A stretch of 64,000 nucleotides of DNA, taken from positions 30,814,001-30,878,000 of the forward strand of contig NW_026889782.1 of assembly GCF_033153115.1 (NCBI RefSeq), read 5' to 3'. Both the position numbers and the translations under genes were made by a program. How positions within the stretch are numbered: the stretch's first letter is position 1; each line of letters begins with the position of its first letter. The stretch comes from Saccostrea echinata (lineage: Eukaryota). This document shows positions 11,926-25,411 of the stretch, piece after piece. The notes beneath the pieces were generated by a model, which saw nothing but the letters and a program-made list of their open reading frames with translations, did not search any database and had not been told where the DNA came from.

Positions 11926-12599
11926 ATAAATTATTATAACAACCTTAGGATTTGCGAAGTACAGATTATTTCTGATTAAATGTCTCCGGAGAATTCTTAT
12001 TTGTCCCATGTCTCCATTTTTGCATGATATAACTAGACTATATTGAATTTAGCTAGCCTTCACTTATGAGCTAAACATTGCTTCAGATATAACTATACAC
12101 ATCTAATCTTAAATTGATTTTAACCTCTCACTATAACAATTCTGATAGGTTCAAGTATAAATTTTGTTTCAATATGGCTGCAATTTTTCTAATATCAAAA
12201 TTCCTTTTATATAGGATTTTTGCTAAAAAGTGTTTTTTCCTAATTTTTTAGCTCAATGTTGTGCTCAGAGGTGGATGGCAAAATTATCATTGCATGTAGT
12301 TATTGTATTTTCCATAGCTTTGCTGCATGTGAAAAAAAATGTACCTCTTAGTATTTTTGTTGACTTTTCAGAAATTTGTTGTTTTAAATATATTTAAGAA
12401 AGATCAAAAGATACCTAAATCCCAGTCTCAAGAAATTGACTGAAATTGCAAAAAACACCATGTATAAAAATGCGAAATAATTCACTGACTTGAAGCCAAA
12501 ACTACAGAAGGTTGATGATGCAAAAATGACCCATTAAAATATGTATAAGGTATACATGTAAATAAATTTTCAGGTGCATACATTGCTTAAACTGCAGAG

Positions 12600-13532
12600 C
12601 AGGGTTGGCCGGGAAATACCAGTGGTGGGAATTACCAGTGGTAAATACCAGTATTTCCCGTCCCGGGAAATACTACAAATTTTCTCTAAACTGGGAAATA
12701 TTGGGAAATACTGGGAAATACAAAGTTATTAAAGTTTTTTTATTTCTCTAATTCATTCAATCTTATACAAAATTTAAAAATAAAATAAACATAAAAGCAG
12801 AAGATGAATAATATGGTATATGTATCAAATTGCAATTTAAATATTCAGAATGTATCATTACTCGGGGTCCCATCACCATAAGCATTCTGAAACATTTCCC
12901 CCAGGCTTTATAAAACTGAAGTTTTCCAATTTAAGTTTCTTTTCAGTTTTGTAAAATTATTAAGTTTAATAATTATAAATCCAAGAACAAAAAACAACTT
13001 GTTTTTATCCTTCTATAAACACTGTAGTTATTACAAACAATCATGTTGTTTTAACAAATTGCTCTGGACAGTTTTGTGCTCCTGTTTTGAGAGATAATTA
13101 CCTTGAGTAGAACTGAAAGGCTTCTTCTTAGATTTGCTATTTATATACCATACTCAACAGTTAAGAATTTTCTTAGATCCTTCTTTAGTTATATAAAAAC
13201 CCAATTGGGATCTTTGGGTTCATTTCATGGACCTTTATAGACTACATCTGACTTAAGCATGAAACAAATGACACTCAAGTCTGGTATATGAATATACTGT
13301 GTTATGATTATATAAAATGAATTACTTGGAAACCATTTTTTTTAAATCAGGGACAGTGATACCAGGTGGATATCTTAGCCAATAAAGTGTACTACATGTT
13401 AATATGAAAGAAATATGTAGCTATTTCTTATTTCCCAGTATTTCCCGGGAAATACCAGTAATTCCCGGTAATTACCAGTATTTCCCACCGTCCTGGGAAA
13501 TATGAGTATTTCCCAGTTTTTTGCCAACCCTG
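12600..13532. mobile_element. Non-autonomous TIR transposon with 8-bp TSD (hAT- or P-like)
   Basis: TIR cagggttggc/gccaaccctg; perfect TSD ctgcagag at 12592-12599 and 13533-13540; repeated subterminal gggaaatac/gtatttccc motifs. Confidence 0.88.
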
Positions 13533-14140
13533 CTGCAGAGTCTTGAAACGGAAAATAAAATTTCTTAGTTGTAAATTCTAGGTTTTAAAACAATATTTTT
13601 GAGAAACAATCCTATGTGATTTTATTACATCTGATTCAGTAATGTGTTTAAATTTTAGAAATTATGGTTAAGGAAAGGCCATCATGCACCATAATAGAAA
13701 TGAATTGCACATAATGCTTGTTGTTTTAATAAAACTTTTAACATGTATAAAATTTACTTGTATGCAAATCAAAGATTATCTACTTAAACCAATAATTAAA
13801 GTGATTGTACTTTGGGGTATTTAGATGTTTGGGGTATAATGCTTTTGTCTGATTTTCTTTAGATAAGTATACTGTCTCAAAGCTTGAGAATGAAACAGAA
13901 TTTTTCTTTATTTTTTGTTCACAACTTTCATTTTTGTGAAATAGAAACAGAAAATTTCAAATAGAAAAAATTATATGAATCACTGGTATCAAACAGGGTT
14001 ACCCATTTTATGTGTGACTTATTGTATGTCATAGGTTATGTTACCTTCCCTCCACCCCTTTTTTTTTACACAAAGTGCACTCATTGGAATGACACAATTT
14101 GTACTGTGTACCTGACCTTTGCTTTCTTTTCCTGTTTCAG

Positions 14141-14277
14141 TAAAACCACAACAATCTCCCTATAAGAAGGCAGGGCCACCATTATCAGCTGTTCCTGTCA
14201 AACCTCGTGCCATACCTGTCATTAAACCAAAGGCTCCAGACGTTGTACTGAAGGCGGGGACTGACCCAGACATTCAG
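14141..14277 (+). CDS. NEO1: Neogenin-like penultimate coding exon
   Basis: Polypyrimidine...tttcag acceptor, CAG|gtaaaa donor; VKPQQSPYKK...TDPDIQ. Confidence 0.85.
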
Positions 14278-14685
14278 GTAAAATAATGAGGGGTAAAATA
14301 GATAGATAATCAGGTAAAACACATAAGGTTAAGAGGGAATACAAAGATATACAGGTAAATAAAGTAAAATACAGAAAGTTTCTGATGTTTGTCACAGACG
14401 TAACAAAACAATGTATTGGCAAGATTAAAAATTGTAACGCAAACTCTGTCTTTGCTACATTTGAATTCTACAGTTCATTCAGTTGGTATAACAATATTTT
14501 CCTCAGTCTGAGAAAAAACTACATTTAAACCTACATAAACAGAAATCAGCATTTTTTTGGGAAAAAAAAGGAAAGTCCAAAGCGACATAGAGGTTTCTTG
14601 ATGTTCTGATGAGATTTTCATTATAAAAATGATTTATATTTAAGGAATACTAATGAATAGCTTGTTTTGTTTTTGTTTCCTTCAG

Positions 14686-14784
14686 AAATCAGAGAGTACA
14701 GAAGAATTATCTGCTGAAATGGCAAACTTGGATTGTTTAATGAAAGACTTAAATGCCATTACTCAGCAGAACTTTGAAGTGTAG
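14686..14784 (+). CDS. NEO1: Neogenin/DCC terminal coding exon with P3 motif and stop
   Basis: ccttcag acceptor; KSESTEELSAEMANLDCLMKDLNAITQQNFEV*, the DCC/neogenin P3 helix. Confidence 0.93.
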   Translation, partial: KSESTEELSAEMANLDCLMKDLNAITQQNFEV

Positions 14785-17700
14785 CATTGTTATAAGGTTA
14801 ATTGTAGTCTAGTGTTATAAACCAGAAAATACTGAAGTCCCAGAGGACAAAACATTCGGAGCAAAATCCACACAATTCTGGGGAAGTTTTCTCTAGATTT
14901 CTTGGATGAGTGTCATCCTTATACAACGTTATGCTCCAGTTTGGAGAAAGTGATGTAAAAAGATTCTTTGTACATCTTTTTTGAACAAGTTTTGATGCTT
15001 CACTTGGAGCAATTCAACGACATCAAAATGGAATGGAAAAAGTCAGTTAATTCAGCAATCAAATTGTATTGAAAAGGAACTTAATCAAGCATTTTTGCTT
15101 GATGAGAAAAAGTTAATTTTGAAACTAAGGAGTTTTTAGCTCACCTCGACGAAGTCGAGATGAGCTTATGCTATACCCCCGGCGTCGGCGTCGGTGTCGG
15201 CGTTAGCGTCGGCGTCCCAGGTTAAAGTTTTAGGAGCAAGTCCCATTCCCATGTAACTATAAGCCCTACCTGGACCAAACTTGCATGGATGATGCATCTA
15301 GGGATGGACACTACCACACTAGCTTCGGATGCTGGATCTGACCTAGATTTTCCGGATGAGTGACCAGGTTAAAGTTTTAGGAGCAGGTCCATTCCCAAGT
15401 AACTATAAGCCCTACCTGGACCAAACTTGCATTGATGATGCATCTAGGGATGGACACTACCACACTTGCTTCGGATGCTGGATCTGACCTAGATTTTCCG
15501 GATGAGTGACCAGGTTAAAGTTTTAGGAGCAAGTCCCATTCCCAAGTAACTATAAGCCCTACCTTGACCAAACTTGCATGGATGATGCATCTAGGGATGG
15601 ACACTACCACACTTGCTTCGGATGCTGGATCTGACCTAGATTTTCCAGATGAGTGACCAGGTTAAAGTTTTAGGAGCAGGTCCATTCCCAAGTAACTATA
15701 AGCCCTACCTGGACCAAACTTGCATGGATGATGCATCTAGGGATGGACACTACCACACTTGCTTCGGATGCTGGATCTGACCTAGATTTTCCAGATGAGT
15801 GACCAGGTTAAAGTTTTAGGAGCAGGTCCATTCCCAAGTAACTATAAGCCCTACCTGGACCAAACTTGCATGGATGATGCATCTAGGGATGGACACTACC
15901 ACACTTACTTCAGATGCTGGATCTGATGTAGATTTTCCAGATGTGTACCAGGTTAAAGTTTTAGGAGCAGGTCCATTCCCAAGTAACTATAAGCCCTACC
16001 TGGACCAAACTTGCATGGATGATGCATCTAGGGATGGACACTACCACACTTGCTTCGGATGCTGGATCTGACCTAGATTTTCCGGATGAGTGACCAGGTT
16101 AAAGTTTTAGGAGCAGGTCCATTCCAAAGTAACTCTAAGCCCTACCTTGACCAAACTTGCATGGATGATGCATCCAGGGATGGACACTACCACACTTGCT
16201 TCGGATGCTGGATCTGACCTAGATTTTCCACATGTGAGACCAGGTTTAGATTTAGGAGTAGTCTCGTTCCCAAGTAACTATAAGCCCTACCTGGTCCAAA
16301 CTTTCATGGATGATGCATCTAGGGATGTACACTAACCAATCTGCTTCGAATGCTGGATCTGACCTAGATTTTCCACATGAGTGAATTTTAGCCATATTTT
16401 AACCAAATTAGCATGGATGATGTATCTAGGGATGGATACTTCCAGACTTGCCTTGGATTCTGAATCTGACGTACATTTTCCAGATGAGTGACCAGGGTAA
16501 TTTTTTGGAGTAGCTATATAATATTATGGCCTGTTATGATAAAACTTGCATAGATGGTGCATCTAAGGATGAAAACTTCCAGACTTGCTTTGGATGTTGG
16601 AACTGACCAAAATTTTCTTGATTACTAAACAGGTCAAAAGTTTTTTGAGCAGATCTATAATTAAATCAAACTTGCATGGATATTGATCTTGGGATGTACC
16701 CTAACTAGAAAAAAAATATGATGTGAAATTTGCCTTACATGTAGATAACATTCGTCGAGGTGAGCTTCGTAATCTTTGATTACCTATGTTTTGTTATTGA
16801 CATGGAATTGAAGCAGTGTGTGATTGAAATGAAAAATCCAACTCTGTGGAATATGGAGTATTATTTCATAAAGGAAAAAAAAACTGAAAAGGAATGTGAA
16901 ATCTCTGTTAATTAAAACACTCATTAATTAATCAACAAACACAGTAGTAAATTTGTAGAAGTATATATAAATGTTCTCCTTCGCAACAGATGCCATATTT
17001 AACCTGTTAAACTAGTTATTTGACTTGTACAACAAAGAATGTTGCAATCATGTCACTGAACCAACAGACTCGGCCTCATTCTTACGCGTAGCCTCACTTT
17101 AGTATGGATGAGTCCATGTATGAGGGGTGTACAGGTCATTTTATGTTTTTGGTGCCTGAATTATAAAAAGAGATCATCATTGTTTCATATATGTACATTT
17201 GTGATAATGTAAAATTTTATTCATGGAGAAACAGTCATTTTGAGCCAAAAACCCACCTTCATTTAAACTATCCTGATATTATCAAGAAAAATGTGTTTTT
17301 GAATTCTTAAAACCACTTTTCCATGTGTCAAACCTTAGCCATATATTGTTGCAATGTGTATATATCTCTCATTTAATTTGCATAGAGTAGACCAAATTTT
17401 TTGTATTTTTGCAAAACTTTTTTTTTTGGCAAAACATGGATCTTTATCATGCTTAAAGCTGTTTGTAAGTACAAAAAAGATTAAGGAGAATCAAATCAAA
17501 TCTATCATTTTAAGGTCACTAATACCTGGATTATAGTGTAACATGAATCCCCTGTGTATTGTGACTGTTAGTGGTGCTATATTTAGTAACATCATCAAAA
17601 TTTTGACATAAAATACTATGTCAATTCATAGTTACCTGTATTTATGTACATCTTTATAGTGAGGTCCTTTGTTCACAAATTTTAAATGTGTACATTACAA

Positions 17701-18473
17701 AACAGGAGTTAAGTCTTACTGAACTTTATAATTTTATAGATCTGTACTGCTGATGTTATTTTATCATTTGTACATGTCCGTATTATTTTGCCACAAACAT
17801 GTAACATATGTACTTAATTATTTTCAAGGTAATACATTTGTTGTTTTATTGGTCATTGATAAATTAGTAGTTTCATTACATAAACTGGCAAAGACAGGAT
17901 TCTCCTTTCTTATTTTGACACAATGGAATTTTTATTTGTAATTAATTTAATGTTGTACTGCACCATTGTAAACTTTTTTGCACATAAATTGAAGTTGATG
18001 GTTTATTTTTGCTCTGAATTTCTTCAATATAAATGAAGTATATAACTTCTATTTTATTCATACGATTGAAAATAATTATGTTCTTAGTGTCACAAAATAT
18101 AAAACCAAGATTTTAAGACATTTTCTTTACTGAAGTCAAAGAAAAGTTCCCTGCTTTTTATTGTTGATTTCATTTCTCTTTTATATGAACTACTGTTTCT
18201 ACATTATTAAGTTAAATATTTAACTTTGATACATTTTAGATAATTTTTTTTATATCATCTGCTTTATTTCAAAGGTTGTGTACTCGTTATTTATAGAACT
18301 GCATTGTGTTTTACATATTTTTTTTTGTTTTCAATATGTAGCGGTATTTTATATTTAGTACTTTACTCATGTGAACCCTGATGTGATGATGTCACAAGTG
18401 ATGAGTATTGCTTTCGGTTGTGTTTGTGTTTTGTAGACATTTTGACCTTGAACAAAACATCTTTTTCAATAAA
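14785..18473 (+). other. Probable long neogenin 3'UTR (contains a HINE insertion)
   Basis: Follows the stop codon; AT/TGTA-rich; candidate AATAAA at 18468-18473. The true 3' end cannot be determined from sequence. Confidence 0.45.
15136..16790 (+). mobile_element. HINE with central 146-147-bp tandem array (~10 units) in the neogenin 3'UTR
   Basis: 5' agctcacctcgacgaagtcgagatgagct hairpin + (ggcgtc)n; 3' gtcgaggtgagct + gtaatctttgattac hairpin; the paralogous UTR at ~35150 is an empty site. Confidence 0.88.
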
Positions 18474-18559
18474 TTGTCATAATTACTCTGTGTTCAATTG
18501 ACTTGAGATATATACCATATTGACAGAGAGAAAGCACGTTTCTAAGGTTGACAAGCCAT

Positions 18560-18735
18560 ATTTATGTGGAAGCATCCTCAGGTGTTGTAGATTCAAATTT
18601 GTTCAAATCATGACCTCTAGGTCTAGGGTGAGGCCACAGTAAAAGTTCACAATTTTACAAAAAAGATTTTGCTGCTGAAAAACAGCAGGGCAATAGTGAC
18701 TCATGTGAGCATTGTGGTCCACCGGCCTTTTGTTT
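18560..18735 (+). mobile_element. HINE 3' fragment
   Basis: One repeat unit like those of the 19118 element, followed by a degenerate 3' terminus (ctcatgtgagc...ggtccaccggcc). Confidence 0.6.
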
Positions 18736-18746
18736 ATTACGTCATT

Positions 18747-19049
18747 CATGCATTCTCTGTACATGCTGTAAGCACTAAAACCAAGAAACGAAATGTCTCT
18801 TATTTTGATGAAATTTGCACCCTGTGATACATTTCCTCAATTTTCTTGTTTCATTTGGATAAAAAGGGCTAGAAATTGTCAAATTCAATGGATTCGTCTC
18901 CATTGCAACTGAGTGAAAATGTGTAATTTCTTACACCATATTTCCAAGTTCTGTACCAAGACGCATCTGTAGTGCAAATTTCATCAAAAGAGAAGAATGT
19001 CATTTCCCAGCCCTAAAGTAAATGTGTAGTTGCTTACAGAGAATGCATG
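18747..19049. mobile_element. MITE (~300 bp)
   Basis: Terminal IR catgcattctctgt/acagagaatgcatg; internal IR ttttgatgaaatttgcac/gtgcaaatttcatcaaaa. Confidence 0.7.
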
Positions 19050-19114
19050 GTAATGTTGAAAGAATCACAATATTTTCTACGATGTAAAATTATTTTCTTT
19101 AAAATAAAGTTTTA

Positions 19115-19117
<3 letters not shown>

Positions 19118-19152
<35 letters not shown>

Positions 19153-20781
19153 TTCTGTTTTCATCCGTTGTCGTGCTTCATGCGTAAACTTTTCACATCG
19201 ATATCTGCGACTTCTCAAGAACAACTGGGACAATTTCAGCCAAACTTGCCACAAAGTATCCTTGGGTAAAGGTGATTTAAGTTTGTTAAAATGAAGGGCC
19301 ACGCCTTCTTCCAAGGGGAGAGAATTAAGAATTTGTGAAAAATTAATGGCATCTTTAAAAAATCTTCTCAAGAACCACTGGACCAGGTAAGATGAAAGTT
19401 ATATTGAAACATCCTCGGGTAATGTAGACTCAAGTTCGTTAAAATCATAACCCCCAGGGGTAGGGTGGGGCCACAATGGAGGATCAAAGTTTTACATAGG
19501 AAAAATCTCCAAAACAACTGGGCCAAGAAAAATGAAACTTATGTTGAAACATCCTTAGGCATTATAGAATCAATTTTGTTCAAATCATGACCCCAGGGGG
19601 AGGGTGGGGCCACAATGGGTGATCAAAGTTTTACACGGGAATACACTGGAAAACTCTCCAGGATTACTGGACCAAGGATGAAACATATGTGGAAACATCT
19701 TCTGGTAGAGTAGATTCAAATTTGTTCAAGTCATGATCCCTGGGGGTAGGGTCAGGTCACAATGGGGGATCAAAGTTTTACATAGGAAAAATCTTCTCCA
19801 GAACAACTGGGCCAAGAAAAATGAAACCTATGTTGAAACATCCTTAGGTAGTGTAGATTCAAGTTTGTTCAAATCATGACCCCAGGGGTAGGACGGGGCC
19901 ACAATGGATGATCAAAGTTTTACACGGGAATACATTGGAAAAATCTTTACCAGAACCACTGGGCCAAGAATGATGAAACTTATGTGGAACATCTTCAGGT
20001 AGTGTAGATTCAAATTTATTAAACCATGATCCCTGGGGGTAAGGTGGGGCCACAATGGACAATGAAAGTTTTACATTGGAATACATAGGAAAAATCTTGG
20101 AAAAAATTCTTTTCCAAAGAACAACAAAGCCATGATTGGTTATATTTACATGAAAGCATCCTCAAATAGTATAGATTCAAATTTGTTCAAATCATGACTC
20201 GGGGAATAGAGTGGGGCCACAATGGATGATCAAAGATTTACACATGAATACATAGGAAAAATCTTTGACAATCTTCTCAAGAATAGAAAAGCCATGATTT
20301 GTCTTATTTACATGGAAGCATCCTTGGGTAATGTTAATTCAAATTTGTTCAAATCATGACCCCCTGGGGTAGGGAGGGGACACAAAAGGTGATCAAAGGT
20401 TTTTTTTTAAATTAGGAATATATAGAAAAGATCATTTAGAAATATTCATCCCAAGAACAACAAAGCCATGGTTAGTCATTTTAATACATAAGCATCTTCA
20501 GGTACTTGTATTGAAGATTCAAGATTGTTCAAATCATGACTCCCGGGGGTAGAAAATAAAACTTACTGGAAAAAATCTAAATGAGAGACAGATTAGAACT
20601 TTATTTATGAGTTGTTACTGAATATTAGACTAATTATTTCGATGATCCTTATCACCCTTTAGAGCTATTTCTCTTGCTTTGGGGCAACAAAACTTCAATC
20701 GGTTTATTTTATACTCCATGGATCCTCTATGGATTGTTGTTTTATACTCAGGTGACCGTTAATGCCCTTGGGCCTCTTGTT
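19118..20781 (+). mobile_element. HINE with diverged ~145-170-bp central repeats
   Basis: Same termini as the 7597 element; repeats carry ttcaaatcatgacccc...ggggccacaatgg. Confidence 0.85.
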
Positions 20782-21055
20782 TAAAAAGTAAACGATGAAA
20801 ATAAAAGATTTTACGGACAACTGTAATTGGGACAGATATGAAACATCCTGTGTGTCACAGCAAAACTCAAAAATTCTCAAAAAATATTCAAAAGCACTTT
20901 ATTCTTCACATAATTAATGCCGAAATTATACAAATAAGTAAATCAGAAAAAATATGGGTTATTATTTTGAGACATAACTTGAATTACAATACATGTTCTA
21001 ATAAAAACTAACAACACCGAAATATTGAACATCATTTGTAGCACTTGTTATATAA

Positions 21056-21358
21056 AGGTCAGATGACACGTTCCTCAAAAATATATAATTTTCCCCTAAA
21101 ATGTAATATTGAAGTTCTCCTTCTTTAAGAAACTTCCTCACAAAAAATGGGATTTGTTCAAGATTCAGGAGGATGGTATTTCCTATATAATTTTACATGA
21201 AATTACTTGAATTGCTCATATCACAATTTTTGGTTCATATTTTTCCCCATACATTTTAAAAACTGTTAAAAAATCAGAAGACAATTATAGTAGTAAAAGT
21301 TTTTAGAATATTCCGAAGAGATGCAAAATCAGATATTTGAGGAACGTGTCGTCATATC
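21056..21358. mobile_element. MITE (possibly Kolobok-like)
   Basis: Imperfect TIR gacacgttcctcaaa/tttgaggaacgtgtc; degenerate TTAA-like flanks. Confidence 0.6.
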
Positions 21359-21601
21359 TTAAACAATTAATGCATATGATCCAGAACTTCAAATTCAATT
21401 TTTATATGTTTCTTCACAACAAAAATGACCACGAGGTTTTGACTGAATTAAATGAAATGTAGATAATATGCATGTTTTACCTATATATAAATTACCTCCA
21501 ATTGAAACATACTACTACCTGACTTTATCATAGTCATCCAATCTAATTTAACATTGTTTGTGGGGGGTGACCATTCAGAAATTAATTACCTGTATGTAAT
21601 A

Positions 21602-24600
21602 TCAAATGGAATATCTTCTGACATGTTTCTTTATTTCTTTCAAAATCATTCGATACTTGCGTTTCATCATTCTCTTATCCTTAAAAGAGAAATATCTTTG
21701 AGGGTTTTTGAGTTCCAGTATCATTTGCCTGGTTCTTTTTAAAGCGGATATACCCTCTTTGTCCACCACACAGTTATATTCTCTGTATTTCACCCTCAAA
21801 TTAGCATCTGCCCCAGCCTCCAGTAAAACAGATACCATTTTCTCAGGGCATTTGGTATTACAAAACAAGCTGCCATCAATGAGTCTAAAAAGTAAGGGTT
21901 TGACGTCCGCCTCATTTGATCCTTTGCGAATAAGAATATCTTGGTTAGAATCCAGACCGATGAACAGCAAATGCCTCAACACGTCACAATCTGCTCGACG
22001 TAATTTTATGTACACATTATCTTTTAGATCCCAGACTTTGTTCTTTTTAAACACCACATCATCCTTACTATTTGTAGCCACAACTGCATGCTGAATGTCT
22101 ACAAGGATGTTGAACAAATGCAAATTTACTCTGTTTTGCTGTTGTTTATTTTCGGGCTGTTTTAACAATTTTATTACATTTACCTTGTTTTCAATCAATG
22201 CCATGTACAAGGCGATAGTCCATTTGTTGTACAAATTGTACAATCAGCGCCTCTTTTAATAAGCATTTTTAAAACGGAGATGGATGTTTTATTGCTATCT
22301 ACTGTTTTATACAGTGGTGTCTCCCCTTCTTGATTCTGTAAATTGACGTAAGCACCAGCTTCAAGAACCTCCTTCACTGTATTTGCATTACCCCCTCTGC
22401 ATGCAGCTATCAAAGGTGTATCCCATAAAGTGCTTTGATTGATTTTAGCTCCCATATTTAGAAGTTGTCTTACGATGTCAGTGTATTCACCAGAGCATGC
22501 AGCCGTCAATGGAGTGCTATATTTACCTTGTAAATGGACATCAGCCCCCGCCTCAATCAGCTCCTTGAAAATAACCTTATTTCCACCCTCACACGATACT
22601 ATCAGTGGCATATCATCTTCACGATGTAAATTGACATTGACTTCTGCCTGTAGGAGCTCTTTCACTACATTCAAATGTCCACCCTTACATGCAGCTGTCA
22701 GTGGAGTGCTATATCTACCCTTTAGATTGACATCAGCCCCTCTTTGGAGCAATTCTCTAACCACATCTATATATCCATCGGCGCATGCAGCTACCAAGTA
22801 TATGTTGGTAAACTTTTCCCGAGCACCATGAGATTTGGTGCCGAGCGAAGCGAGGGACCAAATCGAATGGCGAGGGAAAAGTTTAACAACATACTTAGTA
22901 CATGTTTCACACAGAAATTAAACCCTTTGTGTTTCTATCTATTTCATGACAAATTTTTGTGTGTTTCTTGTTATTTAATCAAGATAATGATGATTTGATC
23001 CTGACTGTTGCCATTTTGTACAGGTCCAGATGTGATAATTATACCCTCAGGGGGTATATCTACCTGTCTGCAACAGGTCAGATGACGGTCTATAGTGAGT
23101 AGTTTTCAAACACAATAAGGGTTCATTTCTATAGATTCAAAATCTCTGTATGAAGATATTCATGTCATTTTTAATGGAGTCTTGTGGGCATTAGTAAAGA
23201 TTTGTTTTTAGAGGTAAAATGGATAAATTATTCTTGAAAAGCACATATCTCCACAGAAAACGAAAACAGAAAAAAGGAAAAAAATCTGTATACGGTTGGA
23301 TTGTCTCGGCTTCCAACAATTACAGGGAAAGTTACACACTATTTGAGCAATATAGGACTGGCCTTGTGTATTTGAACATTGTAAAAATAAATCCAATTTT
23401 AACTTCTTGCTGTGTCCTCTTAATCTGTTAATTATAATCGAAGACAAGATGGTGAGTAAACTTTTTTTTGCACTATTTGATGAGATATAATTCTGGGTAT
23501 TATATATATATTCAAACAATTACTAAACCTTTCTTAAAATTCTGTTTTGATTTTGATTTTTTTTTTTAAATTTAATTATTTAATGTTTTAATTTTGACTA
23601 AAGTTGGTTAATTCAGAAAGAAAGACAAGGGGAAAAAAGACCGTTTTTTCCTTTACTAATTATGTAGGTTTTATTGACTATTTAGCACATCAGGTCCAAC
23701 ATTCATTGTTAAGTGACCTTGCCCTGTGTCCATGATTGTAACCTATCATTGATAATGATAAGTTTAATAATTATGCACACAATGGCATAGTCATCCAACC
23801 ATGAAGCTTGGGCTTGGAGTGTACCAAGTGATTTGGTAGCAGCAAAAACCATTTGTTCGAGGTGTGAAACATGTACTAATGGTGTATTACACACACTCTG
23901 TGGATTAACATCTGCTTTTGCATTTAAAAGCTCTTTGACAAGTTCTAAGTATCCACTCTTACAAGCAACTGTCAATGGTGTTTTGTATTTATCCGGTGTC
24001 CATGTATTCCAGGGATTGAAATTGACATTAGTTCCGAACTTTAGCAGTAACTTAACAACATCAAGTCGCCTACATTTACAAGCAATAGTTAATGGCGTCT
24101 TCCATACGAATATTGGATTGACATCAGCCCCCTTTTGGAGCACTTCTTTCACCACAATCAAATTCCCACCAAGACATGCAGCTGTCAATGGTGTTATGTG
24201 CTTCTCCTCTGGTCCTTTCTCAATGAGACTCAAAATTGTGTCTGGATTGTGAAGACTGCAATGAAAGGGTACATTTAATATCAGTTGCAGTGAGCGTTTT
24301 ACATCATCAAACCATACATGCTGTGGATTAACAAAAGCCCCCATTTCAAGAAGCTCTCTCACAAGGCTCAAATCTCCAACTAAACATGCAGCTGCTAGGG
24401 GTGTAAACCATTCTTCATCGTGTTGATTTACAACAGCACCCGCTTCAAGAAGATCTTTTATTAGAGCTTTATCTTGATTTCGAATAATAGAGGCTAGTAA
24501 TGGTGTACTTCCTTCATTATCTTGGTGATTGACATCAGCTTTTGCTTTCAGCAGTTCTTTAATCAATATCAAATTTGCATTACGATTTCTACAGGCATTT

Positions 24601-25411
24601 ATAAGTGGTGTATTGTTGACACCTTGTACCCGGTAGATTGACATCAGCCCCAGCTTTTAGAAGTTCTTTAACCACTTGGAGATGACCACCACTGCATGCA
24701 GCATTCAATGGTGTATCATTAAGACTCTTGGGTTTACCTTTGCTCCTGCCTGTAGCAGCTCCTTCGCTACAATTGTATGTCCACTGCCACACGCAGCTGT
24801 TAAAGCAGTGTTATCTCTACACTGTAAATCAATGTTAGCCCCAGCCTTAAGTACCGTAGGAGCTTCACTATACCCAATTTACCACTTCTACATGCCGAAA
24901 TCATAGGGGTCTCAAAATTTGTTTTTCGGTTGACAATGGCCCCTGATTCCAGCAATCTTTTTGCTACATTTAGATGTCCTTCATTACATGAAGCCGTTAA
25001 TGGTGTATTATGTGCAGACTCTAGATTTACTGAAGCTCCAACATTTAACAGCTCATTGACAATATCTAAATGGCCACCTTTGCATGCTTCTGTAAGTGGT
25101 GTTTCATATTGACCCTCCAAATAACATCTGCACCTTTTTTGCGAAGTTCTTTCACGACACTCAAATGTCCACCATTGCATGCTGCTGTCAGTGGTGTATG
25201 ATCATGACTCTGCATGTTGATATCAGCACCTACCCCGATCAACTCTTTTTCAACAGACACGTGGCCAAATAAACATGCTGCTATTAGTGGTGTATTTCGT
25301 CGACATAAATCTCCCCCAGAAAATCTCACCTTATGAGAGTAGATATGTGGCGTTCTATTAATTGTAAAGTTTAAATCGATATGTTCCAGTAAAATTCTAA
25401 CAGTCTCAACA
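21602..25411 (-). pseudogene. Disrupted ankyrin-repeat and C-terminal part of HEPN-STAND-ANK copy 1
   Basis: ANK (TPLxxAC) fragments in alternating frames, colinear with the intact 944-aa ORF of copy 2; frameshifts at ~25465, ~25120, ~24855, ~24728, ~24625, ~22213 plus a 1082-bp insertion. Confidence 0.85.
22796..23879. mobile_element. Non-autonomous insertion with asymmetric inverted repeats (Crypton/DIRS-like geometry)
   Basis: Splits the TPLVAAC codons; left terminus pairs with ~22867-22896; right terminus gtgtgaaacatgtactaa pairs perfectly with 22895-22912; only 'aa' is shared at the junctions. Confidence 0.75.

Noticed and set aside
15218-16400. Hammerhead ribozyme arrays in HINE repeats (gatgag here, ctgatga at 8223 etc.)
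   Set aside because: No helix II + GAAA + NUH arrangement seen by eye; an Infernal scan would be needed to exclude it formally.
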